DNA of 64,000 nucleotides from Octopus vulgaris (Eukaryota). Positions 25,271 through 38,729 of this stretch are shown piece after piece. The translations under genes and the position numbers were made by a program. How positions within the stretch are numbered: position 1 is the stretch's first letter; every line of letters begins with the position of its first letter. The stretch covers positions 23,436,001 to 23,500,000 of the forward strand of contig OX597819.1 in assembly GCA_951406725.2 (NCBI GenBank), read 5' to 3'. The notes below the pieces were generated by a model. It ran no database searches. It had not been told where the DNA came from and saw nothing but the letters and a program-made list of their open reading frames with translations.

Positions 25271-26036
25271 CTGTCTCCCTCGCTATACTTGAAGAACACA
25301 GAGTGAAAACAGTTCTCTCCTAATATCTATTGAGATTAGTTAAGTTATCAAAGCTGAGTTAAGATATGTGTATCCCATTCACTCGGGAGTGTTTCATATT
25401 GATTGTGTTGTTCTAGTATATTGCGAGATCAATGCTTAGTATTGAATTATGGATTGACGAATTCTTGAAGGTTCATCTGGCGTGGCTTACTAGAAAGTAA
25501 TTCATTTAAATATTTTTTAATAGATTTGCAATGCGCTTTGTCTAAATTTTTCAACAGGCTGTTGCACAGTTGTGAGCTTTTAGATGCCAAACTGCAGCAG
25601 TATAACGATGTCTTTGAAAAAAATATATTTGAATGATGCTAGTTGCTAGCATGAAAATTTGTATTTACTCCCACGGTTTTTTATTTATCTAAAATTGAAT
25701 TTATATAAAAACGGTGTATCTTTTTTTTATTATATTTTTAAAATATCCTGAAAGATCATGAAGCTGATACAAAACCAAGATGAAAAAAAAGGAAATTTTG
25801 CAAATGCAAGCAACAGAAAAATACACATTCATTAAACTTGTATGTATTGCCTCAAAATAACCTTTGTACTCTACAGTAAATGTCAGATATATTTTTGACA
25901 GAGAAGCATTAACTATTCCTCTGTGAATCAATTTTATTCAATTATAATGTAGGGATGGATTTTTTATGAAGAGTTCACCTGAATATTTTAATTCAATTGT
26001 TATTTTAATTTAGCTGTTATTATTCATGATAATATG

Positions 26037-26096
<60 letters not shown>

Positions 26097-26493
26097 CTTT
26101 TTGTTATTTTCATGCTTCTCTATTTCTTGTTAACATTGCTAGTGAATCAATTGGTAGTTTTATGTCTCCAGTCATAATAAGGTTACCAAAGAAATACTGT
26201 ATCGTGTGACAAAATCATTAATAAAACAAAATAAAACAAGAGAACGAAAAATAAGACATTAAACAAAAAATTTAAGATATGGAGACATTAAAAAGATATT
26301 AAGAACAATGGAGTGAATCAATAAATCGATAATTTCGGTATGTGATTATGTTGTGATTATGTGGAAAATTTTGAACAGAAAGGAGGAATAGTGTGAATAA
26401 CGTTACAAGCACCGAGCAATTTCCAAAAATCCTTGTCGGACATTTATACGTGAATTGGTCAAATTATGTATTAATTTGCTTAAAACGTTTCTC

Positions 26494-26553
<60 letters not shown>

Positions 26554-26597
26554 ATATGTATATATGTATACATATACATATATATGTATATGTTATA

Positions 26598-26659
<62 letters not shown>

Positions 26660-26686
26660 GTGTGTGTGTGTATATATATATGAATG

Positions 26687-26726
<40 letters not shown>

Positions 26727-26789
26727 GAGAGAGAGATACAATAAAGCAGCGCAGATAAACACGATTAAGACACATACATACATATATTT

Positions 26790-26970
26790 CAGTTCTATAT
26801 TTAAGAGATGAGGAATTATGTACATTATTTACTTTATTTACATTTGTCCTCATCTTGTTTGTTGTTAATACAACGTTTCAGCTATATACCCTCCGCCCTT
26901 CACCAGGAGTCTTGGGGAAATTTCGAACCTGGGTTCTCATTCCTAAAGTATTTTTCGATGTTGTTGTTGT
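26790..26970 (-). mobile_element. hammerhead-bearing PLE-type repeat adjoining (TAA)n
   Basis: Minus strand GACTC CTGGTGA AGGGCG..AGCT GAAAC GTT GTATT at 26867-26911. Paralogs at 28541 and 45996. Confidence 0.7.
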
Positions 26971-26973
26971 TAA

Positions 26974-27079
<106 letters not shown>

Positions 27080-27598
27080 GAGTGAGAGAGTAGTGCATGC
27101 CATCAAAGTGACACTGGGGTAAAATATGCAAAGCACAGTATACCCATCATGACTACCCGTCTGATAAGGGTACACCAGGCACATGCATCACAACCATAAG
27201 TGCACGACATTGTGATCTCATAGCAAGATAAACAGCGCATGAACTTGCAGGTGGGGCCCAGTTAGAATTTTCTTCTGGTCGGGTAACCCATTCTGCTCAA
27301 AAAGTCCCTGAATAAGGGTTGTTTAAGGATGTTGAACGAACCACCTATGTTTCCAGAGATGAATTATTCAAACCCCAAAGAATTCCTCTCAGCACATGGC
27401 TATGATGCTTCCCCACTATTTCTGCTGGTGGTCAGAGATGCACATATCGTCAGTCACTAAGGGGCATGCTCAACTGGTTAAGGTTAAACAACTGACAAGC
27501 AAATCTGTGGTATTGAGCAGAATATTTGCTTTATCCCATCTTTTATACCAAGACAAAACAATGTACATGATAACACTTCCAATAAGTTAAGATCAGAA
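27080..27598 (-). mobile_element. non-coding retroposon embedded in (TAA)n, copy 1
   Basis: Flanked on both sides by (ATT)n; shares a fixed end with copy 2. Confidence 0.75.
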
Positions 27599-27601
27599 TT
27601 A

Positions 27602-27669
<68 letters not shown>

Positions 27670-27686
27670 TTATTTTTTTATTTTTA

Positions 27687-27782
27687 TTGTATTTAGGAAT
27701 GGTCATTTTGCCAGTTTGGCCAATAAAAACACTAACTATATATTATTGGCTAAACTGGCAAAATGACCATTCCTAAATACAA
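27687..27782. repeat. 40-bp-arm inverted repeat (PLE-like family)
   Basis: Arms at 27687-27726 and 27743-27782, one mismatch, 16-nt spacer. Confidence 0.9.
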
Positions 27783-27861
27783 CAACATCTGTTTCAACAC
27801 ACGATTTCACATCAAGAATCTTGCAAAACAAATATATAAACGTATTATTAATATTATTATG

Positions 27862-27918
<57 letters not shown>

Positions 27919-28455
27919 GAGTGAGCGAGCAGAGCATGCCATCAAAGTGACACTGGGGTAAAATATACGAAGCCCAGTATACCCATCATGACTACCCGTC
28001 TGATAAGGGTACACCAGGCACATGCATCACAACCATATGTGCGCGACATGGTGATCTCATATCAAGATAAACAGCACATGACCTTGCAGGTGGAGCCCAG
28101 TTAGAATTTTCTTCAGATCGAGTAACCCATCCCGCTCGAAAGGTCCCTGAATAAGGGTTGTTTAAGGACGTTGAACGAAACACCCATGTTTACAGAGGTG
28201 AATTATTCAAACCCCAAAGAATCCTTCTCAACACATGGCTATGATGCTCCCCCACTACTTCTGCTCGTGATCAGAGATGCACATATCGTCAGCCACTAAG
28301 GGACATGCTCAACTGGTTAAGGTCAAACAACTGACAAGTAAATATGTGGTATTGAGCAGAATATTTGTTGTAGCCCATCTTTTATACCAAGACAAAACAA
28401 TGTACATGATAACACTTCCAATCAGTTAAGATCAGAAGCCATGAGAGCCACTGCC

Positions 28456-28456
<1 letters not shown>
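27919..28456 (-). mobile_element. non-coding retroposon embedded in (TAA)n, copy 2
   Basis: Closely similar direct copy of 27080-27598, slightly longer at the variable end. Confidence 0.75.
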
Positions 28457-28509
<53 letters not shown>

Positions 28510-28540
28510 CATTATTATTATTATTATTATTCATGTCACT

Positions 28541-28640
28541 GCCTGATGAAGACTGGAGGGTCTATCAGCCGAAACGTTATGTTAACAACAAACAAGATGA
28601 GAACAAATATCCGTCAAATGTAAATAATGTAAATAATATT
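28541..28640 (+). mobile_element. hammerhead-bearing PLE-type repeat, truncated within helix I
   Basis: CTGATGA (28543-28549) A GACTG..CAGCC GAAAC GTT ATGTT. Confidence 0.7.
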
Positions 28641-28919
28641 CATATATTTGTCAATATATATAAACGTTTAAATGCATTACATAAATGTTTATCTTCTGTA
28701 TATTTTAACTTTTTGCATATCCCTATATATATATATATACTCACATGTGTATATTCATAAATGTATATTTGTATATTTGTATATATATCAAGCTAAATCA
28801 TATTTATCTGCTACACTATCTCTGAATCAACTCACCTGGATTCTTCTTATCGCGGACTACTACATACTTTCTGTATTAGCCATCTCTAGATCTCATTTAT
28901 TGATTGTGTATATATATAT

Positions 28920-29306
28920 TTTTATTCTATTATTTGTTTCAACCATTTGACTGCGGCCATGCTAGAGCACCGCCATTTCGTCGAACGAATCGACTCCAGG
29001 ACTCATTTTTTGTAAGCCTAGTACTTATTCTATCGCTACCTCTTTTACCGAAACGCTAAGTTACAGAGATGTAAACACACCAACATCAGTTATCAAGGGA
29101 CTGTGGGGGGAACAAAGACAGGCACACAAAAATATACATACATACATACATATATATATACATACGACGGGCTTCTTTCGGTTTCTGTCTACCAAATCCA
29201 TTCATAAGCCTTGGGTTGACTCGAGGCTATAGTAGAAGGTGCCAAGCAGTGGGACTGAATCCGGAACCATATGGTTGGTAAGCAAGCTTCTTACCACACA
29301 GCCACA
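28920..29306 (-). mobile_element. SINE family B
   Basis: Matches the family B consensus. Confidence 0.85.
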
Positions 29307-29318
29307 TCTATCTATCTA

Positions 29319-29368
<50 letters not shown>

Positions 29369-29784
29369 TTTGTTTCTGTACAGGAACAGATATCAACAAA
29401 ATGTCTTATAATTATTGTTAATCTTTTACTGTGTCTATGATTGCATTTTTATAACCTAGGGCATAAATGCATATGTGTATGTGTGTGTGTATGTGTGTGT
29501 GTATGTTTGTGCGTGTGTGTGTGCTTGTGTGTGTGTGGGTGTGTGGTATGACAGGTGAATATATTTATTTAACTACTTGTCATCCTTAAGGTTACAGCTG
29601 TTTCGCAAACTCCGTTGTGTAATAATAACTTCAGTGAATAATAAATTAAGTCTACATGTCTATTAATATGCATGCTACGCATTATACAGTACGATTGTAT
29701 ATTTAGAAATCAGTGCAGATAAAGAAAGCTGGATCATCAGATAACCAAAACATCATGGTTACACCAATGATTTAACTCTAACTA

Positions 29785-30997
29785 TTAGCTTGGAAAGAAA
29801 GTAATTTTGTTTTACGCAAATAGAGAGTTACGATTTTTTAAAAATAACTTTTGTCACCGTTATGATTTTTTTTCCTTTTGACATTTGATAGCCGTTACTT
29901 TCAGTACTTTTGTCTTGCTTTAGAAGCAAATTGCGCGTAATTTTGTTTACAGCTGTTAGCTCAGTGTCAATTTTAACATGGAGTACAAAAACGAACATTT
30001 TCGCCATATTTTGGTTTTTCATTTTCGTAAAGGCAAGAAAGCTGCTGAGTCTCACAAAGATATATGTGTAATTTATGGTTTTGATTGCTTAACAGAACGC
30101 ACACATCAAAAATGGTCTTAAAAATTCCGTTCTGAAGATTTTTCATTCAAAGACAACCAACGTTCTGGTCGACCTACTGAAGATGATGATCACCGAATCA
30201 AAGCCATAATTGAATCTAATTATCATATAATAGTGCGAGAGATTGTAGAGAGGTTAAATATATCACACACAACAATTGAAAATCACTTAAACTGTCGTGG
30301 ACTCGTTAAGAAGCTTGATGTTTGGGTTCCACAAATTGAAAGAGATTCACTTAACATAAAGAATCAATATTTGCGATATGCATCTCAAACACAATGAAAT
30401 CAACCTTTTTCGAAACTAATCATCATTGGTGGTGAAAAATGGATTGTCTACAATAGCATCAATCGAAATGAATTATGGTCTAAGTGTAATGAACCAGCAC
30501 AAACCACATCGAAAGCTGAATTTCATCAAAAAAAGGTCATGCTGTCAATTTGGTGGGATTACAAAGGTGTTGTGTATTTTGAGATGCTTCCAATTGACCT
30601 AACGATCAATTTAGATGTTTACTGGAGGAGGCAATCAAAGAAAAACAGCCAGAATTAGCAAATCGTAAAGGAATTGTGTTCCTGTGAGGTGATGTTACAT
30701 TCATCATATAGCCCTGACCTTGCATCATCAGATTACAATTTATTTCGAAGTTTTCAAAAGTCTTCGAATGGTAAAACTTTCAATAACGACGATAACCTGA
30801 AATCGCACTTGCTTCAGTTTGGGGCTGATAAGGACCAGAGGTTCGATGATCGCGGAATCATGAAGTTGTCAGAAAGATGGCAAAAGGCCATCGAACATAA
30901 TGGAAAATGTATAATTGGTTGAAGTTCATTCTTTGTATGAAAAAAAATTAATTTTATTTCTCACTGAAAACCGAAATTACTTACTTGCCAACCCAAT
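29785..30997 (+). mobile_element. degraded mariner (mellifera-like)
   Basis: Imperfect TIRs ..AATTACTTACTTGCCAACCCAAT|TA. ATG at 29978: MEYKNEHFRHIL..RSGRP..WVPQ, GGEKW, YSPDLASSDYNLF. Confidence 0.9.
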
Positions 30998-31054
30998 TAA
31001 AAATATGCTTCTTTGCTAATGCACTGATTATAGGTTGCATTGTCCCTGAATTTG

Positions 31055-31280
31055 TAGAGGGAAAAATTCTGAAGTTAAGTTGTTCGTTAGTAGCGCAAAT
31101 ATCGATGTGCTCGCTTAATCCTGTTTTTCTGTATTCCCGTATTTTAATCTGGCATCTATGTACCATCATCCTTTAGCGTAGACCGTTTTTAGTTTGACCA
31201 ATATATTGTTCTCGACACCCTGAGCAAAGTAATACATATATTAGGTTTTCCGAAGCACATGTGAAGTAGTTTTTCACTGA
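31055..31280 (-). pseudogene. Penelope-like GIY-YIG endonuclease fragment
   Basis: FTCASENLIYVLLCSGCREQYIGQT..LR*RMMVHR. Confidence 0.85.
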
Positions 31281-31934
31281 GTTTATTGTGGAGTGTGCAT
31301 ATGAGCCTGTATGTGTTTTACACACACGCGAACAAACACATACACACACATGCGCACACACAACACCCTAACAAATATTAATTACACACATACACACACA
31401 AACGTGCACACATATACACGCACCATCCTACCAAATATAAAACACACACAGACCCATATACACACGCCACAATAAACTCTGGAATCAATCAAAAACAGCC
31501 CACACACAAACACATGTATATACACACACACATAGAGACGTGAACAGAGACAAACACCTTCACACCATTCTGACCTGTAAGACCAGTCCCAAAAACCACT
31601 GAAGCATGACAGACTAGCCCAGAAACAAAAAAATCATTTTAATTCCATATTGCTCCTCCTTCCCCCCATCCCAACCAACCTCTCACACTGTCCCTTAAAA
31701 TAGCAAACATTTATAAATTCTTGAATATATCTCCTTCTATTTATATATATACTACCAAACAAACTTGATTTTTATTGAACTCCTAATACTTTTTGTTGAA
31801 TATTTTCTTAAATACTTACTTGTGAACTGTTTTTAACATTTGCTTATTATAATAAAAGAAAGCATATATGCATTTTAATACTTTTGTGATAACCAGTACT
31901 TAACACAACAAAGCTTATACAAAGCTTACATTTT

Positions 31935-31977
31935 ACTTTTGACAATCTTTTTTCTAAAAAAGTGAAACCGGTCAAGT
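31935..31977 (+). ncRNA. minimal type-I hammerhead motif with U3-A8 core
   Basis: ACUU UUGACAA U CUUUUU-UCUA-AAAAAG U GAAA CCG GUC AAGU. Confidence 0.6.
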
Positions 31978-32395
31978 TGATAAACAGCTTTAAAATTGCA
32001 TTTTCAAACCTTTTTTCATATATATTTCCACTCGTGCGGTGTCTTACAACTTTACTTTGTTATATATATATATATGTGTATGTGTGTGTGTGTGTGTGCG
32101 TGTATGTATGTATGTGTGTATATATGTATGTATGTATGCATTTGTATATTATGTAAGTATGTATATGTATATATGCATATGTATATATCTACCGCTTGAC
32201 AACCGGTGGTGGTGTGTTTACATCCACGTGACATACCGGTTCGACAAAAGAGACCGATAGAATATGTACTAGGCTTCAAAATAACTGACCGATTGCACCA
32301 TAAATAGAAACGTTGGATCCCCCCCCCATCACCGCCGCTGTTTCTCTTGACTGCTGTCTGAGGAATTATTACAAGATTTGCCACACTGAACTTCG

Positions 32396-32434
<39 letters not shown>

Positions 32435-32564
32435 CGCACATACACACACCCATGTACACAACCACACATGATTTCAAAATTAACTGTTCACCAGTAATTC
32501 CCATCTCCACCTTCCAATTTCTCCACTGCTGCGTCTCCACCCAAATTCCAATCCCAACTCCCAC

Positions 32565-32775
32565 TTTGGAACAATGTTTCTAGGTTATCTCAAACTCATC
32601 TTCAGGATGTGGACTGTAAGAGCGTAGGAGTCCTATGTCAGGAAATTTTGATGCGCACATTCAGTTAACCTTTCATAAAAATTTAAGATAGAGTTGTGTT
32701 TTCAATATGTTGTAAAGTGGGTTCCTCCCACTGGTGTAATGTGTGACTGTTGTTGTACTGTAGTTTCAGGTTTTG
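32565..32775 (-). mobile_element. possible PLE 3' fragment with hammerhead relic
   Basis: Minus strand CTGAAGA..GAAACATTGTT downstream of a KHNSILN-like ORF end; helix I does not form. Confidence 0.35.
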
Positions 32776-33480
32776 CTAGTAACCACAATAGTTACTAGTC
32801 ATCGGATACCGTTGTATTTCTTCAATTCCATAAGACACCGACTAGAACTGTCGACTCCCAACTGTTCGACTCTGGACCCTCTTTTGACGACCGGCTACTG
32901 GTTTATTTATAATGGCTCACTCCGACCACTTTTTACCGGAAGGAGTATACAGTTTCACTATATAACAATATAATATAATTTTTAAAAGCTGCTCCCTATG
33001 CAACCACATACACACAAACTCACATACATACATACATACATACATACATACATACATACATACATACGTACGTCATTACATACATATAGATATATATATG
33101 TATCTGTATGAATGTAGATAATTATATAGGAACATGTTTTGTTGAATGCACAATTATTTTCTAGTTTTATTTTTTTATAGTGTGTTTTTTTTTTTCATAT
33201 TTTGGTATGAGTTCCTTGCAGTTTCTTCAGAACAACGAATTTATCGATAGCATTTCCTAAATCTATCGATAGCATTTCGAAACAATTAAGGGAACTCGTA
33301 CGCAAATCCGCAAATAAACATTAGATTTTTTTTAAAAGCTACAAAACTAGAACACAGTAGAATTATGTATTCAATGCCACACGTCTCAAAGAAATACATG
33401 GAGCTTCCTATATCTATCTGCCTATCTATCTTTTTTCTGATCCTCTCTCTCCCTCTCTCTTTCTGTCTCATGCTCTTTCT

Positions 33481-33515
<35 letters not shown>

Positions 33516-33637
33516 CGTTTGTGTGTATGAACATATACACGTATATACGCATAAATATATACATAGATATAATATTATATGTATATATATATGTATGTAT
33601 GCATGTGAGTGCGTGTGTGTGTGTGTATGTGTGTGTG

Positions 33638-33701
<64 letters not shown>

Positions 33702-33708
33702 TGTGTGT

Positions 33709-34921
33709 GTAGTGATATCTCGCAGTACGAGTTTAAATCGTTCCATGATTTTGCGATTTACTCGTTTTACAAATCAATTTTCTCCATTGAAATTAACTAA
33801 AATATAATTAATCCGTTCCAGCCACCGCAAAACCGCCCAAAATAATTTTTTATGGAGCTTAAAATAGAAAAGGTGTAGTTACAAGTAAAATGACAATTAT
33901 AAAGAAGCGAATGCAAAAGAAATATGTAAATTGGTTTATTAACTTAAAGATGGAACGATTTGTGCGCGAGGAAGGCGATAGAGCAGGAAGGAGGAGGGGT
34001 ATTGTTCGGATTTCTGGCGTTTTATGTCTCATTTTGATAAATTTAAGCATCTTGGACACACGTTCTTCCCTTTTTACTCTTGCAGGTCGTTTCATTAAAA
34101 ACATATCAAGATAAGTCTGTTTTTCCCTGCCTTTCAAAACGTTACGAAAATGCGCCAGAGCATTGTCATTAAATAAAGCAGCTGCACGAATTGTAGTTAT
34201 TTTCTCAGGATGATATTTATCAACAAATTCAGAGATATACTGCCACTTTGCCAACACGGCCTATGTCACTCGTAGAGATAGCATTTTCCGCTACACTGTC
34301 CTCCTTCTGGGAAACAGTCTCTTCCACCGCATCCAAATGCTACTGCTCCTGAAGCTGCAGGAGTTTATGTCTTCAGCTTCTCTGAGTGTTCCTCGATGAG
34401 ATCGTTAATGTCCCCCATCAACCTCGACGCCCATGAACTTCCTATGAGAAACTATCTCCTCAACTACAGGTATCTCAGACTCAAACCCCTCGAAGACTTT
34501 TTCAGATACGCAGTTACACCACAGTTTCCTCCATGCAGAATTCACTGTTCTCGCTACACCCTGCCAGGCTATATTGATGACTTTTCAGGCCGTTTACAAC
34601 GTTGTAGTGCTCCTTTCAAAACTCACAAAGGGTTAGATTTGTATCTTCGGTGACTTCAAAGCACCGACGAAACAATTCTTTAGTGCACAATTTCTTAAAA
34701 TTAAAAGTCACCTGTTGATCCATGGGCTGCAAGATAGGGGTGGTGTTGCGTGAAAGGTATAAAACTTTTATAAATTTAAATTTATCCAGGATATCACCTT
34801 TGAAGTTAGGAAGGTGAACAGAAACACTGTCTGTCGAGTATGAGGAGGGCCTTGAGAGAAAGATTGTCCTCCAGAAGGTACGTTTTTACTGCTGGTCCGA
34901 AGACAAGGTTGACCCACTCGG
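33709..34921 (-). mobile_element. Tigger/pogo (TIGD1-like) transposon, 3' half
   Basis: EWVNLVFGPAVK, KALLILD, KVLYLSRNTTPILQPMDQQV and KYHPEK..HFRNVLKGREKQT. Tigger-type end TAGTGATATCTCGCAGTACGAG. Confidence 0.88.
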
Positions 34922-34924
34922 AGA

Positions 34925-37717
34925 AGATTGAGACCATATGCCACTTGTTTTTTTTTTTCTCTTTTTAATATTTGTTTGCTTCAGCGACGGACCTGGACTG
35001 TCCAAGCGAGTCGTTCCACTTGGTTCTTCTCTTGATGCACCAAAATAAACGTCAATGTCTAAACCTTCCACATCGTGCTGTAATGATGTTTCCGCTTCCA
35101 CTCTACCTTCCATTGTTGATTCTGCTGGTGTCTCGAACCTGTTCCTTTTCTCCTCCATCTCAATCTCCTTTATCCTTTTCTGGCTCTCTGGTGGAGAGCT
35201 CACCCGCTCTTTCCTTTTCCTCCTATTCATGACTGTGAATGACTCCTCCACTTTATCTTTCTCTCCTTCCGGCACCACCACTTCGGTACTCTGTTCTTCA
35301 CTCTGTTGTTTCTGCTCCTCCTCTTTGTTTTCTTTCTATGGACACCTCGCCTTTATGTGCCCCTTTTGACCACATAAGTAACATGTTGGTGGTCTGCTTT
35401 CTACCACTACTCTTAGTCTGACATCTGGGAGAATGATCTCCTCTATAATCTCGTACAAATCTTTTAGGCTCACTTCTATGGCCATCTTGAGGCCATACCC
35501 CCATCAATTAACCTTTTTGGTTCTCGTAATCCTTAAGATTTTTACTTCATCCTCTATTCTGTGCATGACTACTGCCGCCAGCCATACTTCCTTAATCTCG
35601 GGGGATACTCTGCCAGTTCTTACTCTGGTGACGCGTTTGCCACAGTTAATCGGCATAAATCTTGACTTGACTTGACTTGAGACAGCATTCACCCGGGATA
35701 GGTTGAGCTGGCTTCATTCATCCTCAATGCTGCATCTCTCACAAACGCCGACCAGACCTGGCGATTTGAGGCTAACGACCGCATGATCTCCAACCACTCC
35801 TTATTCCAGCGGCGAACGCCGTAGATATGGGGACCTAGGTTGGGTTCCAGATCAGCTTTGTCTGTCATCAGCCAAGTTTTTCGTTGTCCACCACATCGCT
35901 TTCGCTAACCTTGAAGGGGAGCTGGGGCAATTGCTTCGTAGACTAAATCTCCTGGTTGACGACGGAGGGCATGACCCAGCCAACGCAGACGTCTCGTTAG
36001 GATGACTTATCGGAGGGAGGTGATTCTGCAGTGGTGTCGCACCGAATTGTTGGAGACAAAGTGATGCCATCGGACACGAAGGATGCGGTGTAGACAGAGG
36101 TGATCTAAGGATTCTAGTCGCTTAATATCTTCCACCCTCATTGGCCATGATTCTCTGCCGTAAAGGAGAATCGTTCACACTAGTGCTTGGTAGATCCGTA
36201 CTTTGGTGGTGCGTCGGATCTCAGATCTTGTCCAGAGTCGTGCATTGAGTCGGTTGAAGGCTTGGCGAGCGAGGTCGATTCGTGTTTTAATGTCAGCCTC
36301 ACCTTGACCTGTAGCTGTAATGATGACGCCAAGGTATTTGAAACCCTCAACCTCTTCAAGAATATCACCATTGAGGACAGTGGGTGTTTTGTCTGGTGGG
36401 GCAAAGCCGGCTGTGGGGATTTTGGTCTTCGAGGCATTGACTGTCATACCAATCTGCGATGCAACACTCTGGAGCTCATTGATAGGAAACTGGACGTCGG
36501 CAAATGTTTCGCCAAGTATCGTAATGTCATCTGCGTAGTCTAGATCCTTGACGGAAAAGTTGTGACCAACAGTGATACCGGTGAACTCCCTTAATGCATT
36601 TGTGGTGATCCAGTCGATGGCGTAATTGAAAAGAGTTGGCGAACGCCAGACCGTATTTCGAAGGGTTCCGACACTTCACCGTACACGCGTACGCGGATCT
36701 TGTTGAGTGGTAATAAGCTTTGATAAGATTGAGAAGTTTAGGTGGGATACCATCTGCCTGCATGACCTTCCAGAGGTTGTCACAATCGACGGAGTCGAAT
36801 GCAGCAGCAAAATCAACAAAACAGATGACTGTTTTTTGCTGAAAGCACCAATGGTGTTCGAAGATTCGTCTTAGGGTGAAGATTTGATCGGTGCAGCCTC
36901 GACTTGGACGGAAACCACACTGGTTTGGTCTTGTTCTAGAGTCACGTTCTGATTAGAATCGTCTCAGAAGAATAGATGCAAATATTTTGGCAGAAACGTC
37001 AATCAGACTGATGCCACGGTAGTTGCTGCAGCAGCGTTTATTGCCTTTCTTAAAGAAAGGTACCAGTGTTGCGTCGCTCCAGTCTTGGGGGAGGGTTTCC
37101 GTGTCCCAACCCGGGTGATAACTTGATGAATCGCGGGCCCCGGTGTATTTGCACTATGCTTGAGGATCTCAGCAGGAAAGTTGGCATGAGTATCCTTTCC
37201 TGTATCCTTATCGGCACAATGGAGTGGTTTATTGCGTATTCTTCGTTGCCAAACCTTACTTCCACTGTGCCGGACTTCTTTCCACGTGTATAAAATGTGG
37301 GAAGCCTCTTCACGCTCTCGAGGCATTCCTATATTGCCCCTATTTGGGCAAACCCTATCTTTTTAGAAGACGGTGGATAGCGTTCTGTACACCACTGTCC
37401 TCTTCGCTACATTGTTAGTCAATTCTTCCGGGAGAGTCAGCCTCAAACTGGCTCCTTCTCTTTCTATTAATTTACTGCCCTCCTTCCCCTTTCTGAGCTC
37501 TACCTTAATTTCTCGTACTTCCAGTGCGTTGATAGATACTTCTTTAATCGTAGCTGCTGCGTAACTTCCAGCTGGCTCATGTCCCATCTTTCCTCTCTTC
37601 ACCACTTCGCCCATGATTGGGGAAGAAAACAAATATCAAAACAGGTAAAAACAGCAACAATAGTTCAAAAAATCAACAAATTTAACGGATGCTAGGTTCA
37701 CCCACATGAGGGAGACC
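34925..37717 (-). pseudogene. L1/Tx1-like ORF1 relic split by an RTE insertion (parts about 37176-37717 and 34925-35660)
   Basis: CCHC knuckle RPPTCYLCGQKGHIKARCP. The reading continues across the insertion (..RILMPT / MPINCGKR..). Confidence 0.65.
35661..37175 (-). mobile_element. 5'-truncated RTE-clade LINE
   Basis: NYRGISL, QCGFRPSRGCTDQIF, CFVDFAAAFDSVD, DLDYADD and FKYLG; 3' tail (TCAAG)4 at 35661-35680. Confidence 0.92.
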
Positions 37718-37809
37718 TTCAAAAAGTATAAGAAACAAACGTCTTTCTCCAGAATTCCAAGTGATTTACTACCAATGCTATAAAAATACTACCAAAGCTA
37801 TAAAAAAAT

Positions 37810-38385
37810 GCCTCGATGACTGACCCTGCTTGCTGTGTCTGTCCACTATTTATCAGTAGTAGAACAGCCCACTTCTCACGTGGAGGTGTCCGCCACAACA
37901 CCCCCACCCCTTTGAGAATTTTTTCTTTCGCACAACATTATTATTTTTCTCTTCAGAATGCCGCATGTAGTACCAGTATACATTGTTTACTGGTAGCGCT
38001 ACTAACATATAACGACCTGACAGAAATACTACAAATAGATTTATATTATTTTCACTGCGTGTAGTCCAGCTTTGTGTTAGAGTTCCAGTTTTATCAGACA
38101 ACTTTTTCTTCAGAATCTATTTTCACTAGAATTTATATATTTTTCACTTTGTCCCTATTACTTTTCACTGTGTGTAGTTCAGTTCTGTGTTTGTCTTATC
38201 TGCCACTGCGTGTAGTTCGAATCCTCGCAGCCACTGATATGTCCCGCATTGTGACGACATACTTCCTCATCTGCTTGACTAACCCGTACGGCATACCTCA
38301 CCGAATGACCCTGCTTGCTGCGTCTGTTCATTATTTATCAGTAGGGGAACAGCCCACTTCTCACTTGGGGGTGTCCGTCACAACA
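37810..38385 (-). mobile_element. TRIM-like non-autonomous LTR element
   Basis: Direct repeats 37821-37900 and 38306-38385; putative 5' LTR 38235-38385 (TG..CA); PBS-like TGGCTGCGAGGATTCGAAC; PPT AAAGGGGTGGGGG at 37901-37913. Confidence 0.6.
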
Positions 38386-38397
38386 ATGCACATATAT

Positions 38398-38565
38398 AGG
38401 CGCAGGGGTGGTTGCATGGCAAGAAACTTGCTTCCCAACCACATGGTTCCGGGTTTACTCCCACAGCGTAGCACCTTGGGCAAGTATCTTTTATTATAGC
38501 CTCAGGTCGACCAAAGTCTTCTCAGTGGCTTTGGTAGACAGAAACTTGAAAGAAGCCCGCGTCGT
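38398..38565 (+). mobile_element. SINE family B, 5' half
   Basis: Matches the family B head. Confidence 0.8.
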
Positions 38566-38601
38566 GTATGTATATAGACAGACAGACATATATATATATA
38601 T

Positions 38602-38729
<128 letters not shown>

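Noticed and set aside
29590-29606. Minus-strand CGAAACAGCTGTAA half-hammerhead
   Set aside because: No catalytic core or helix II nearby.
33242-33278. Two TATCGATA (DRE-like) sites
   Set aside because: They arise from one short tandem duplication and there is no promoter evidence.
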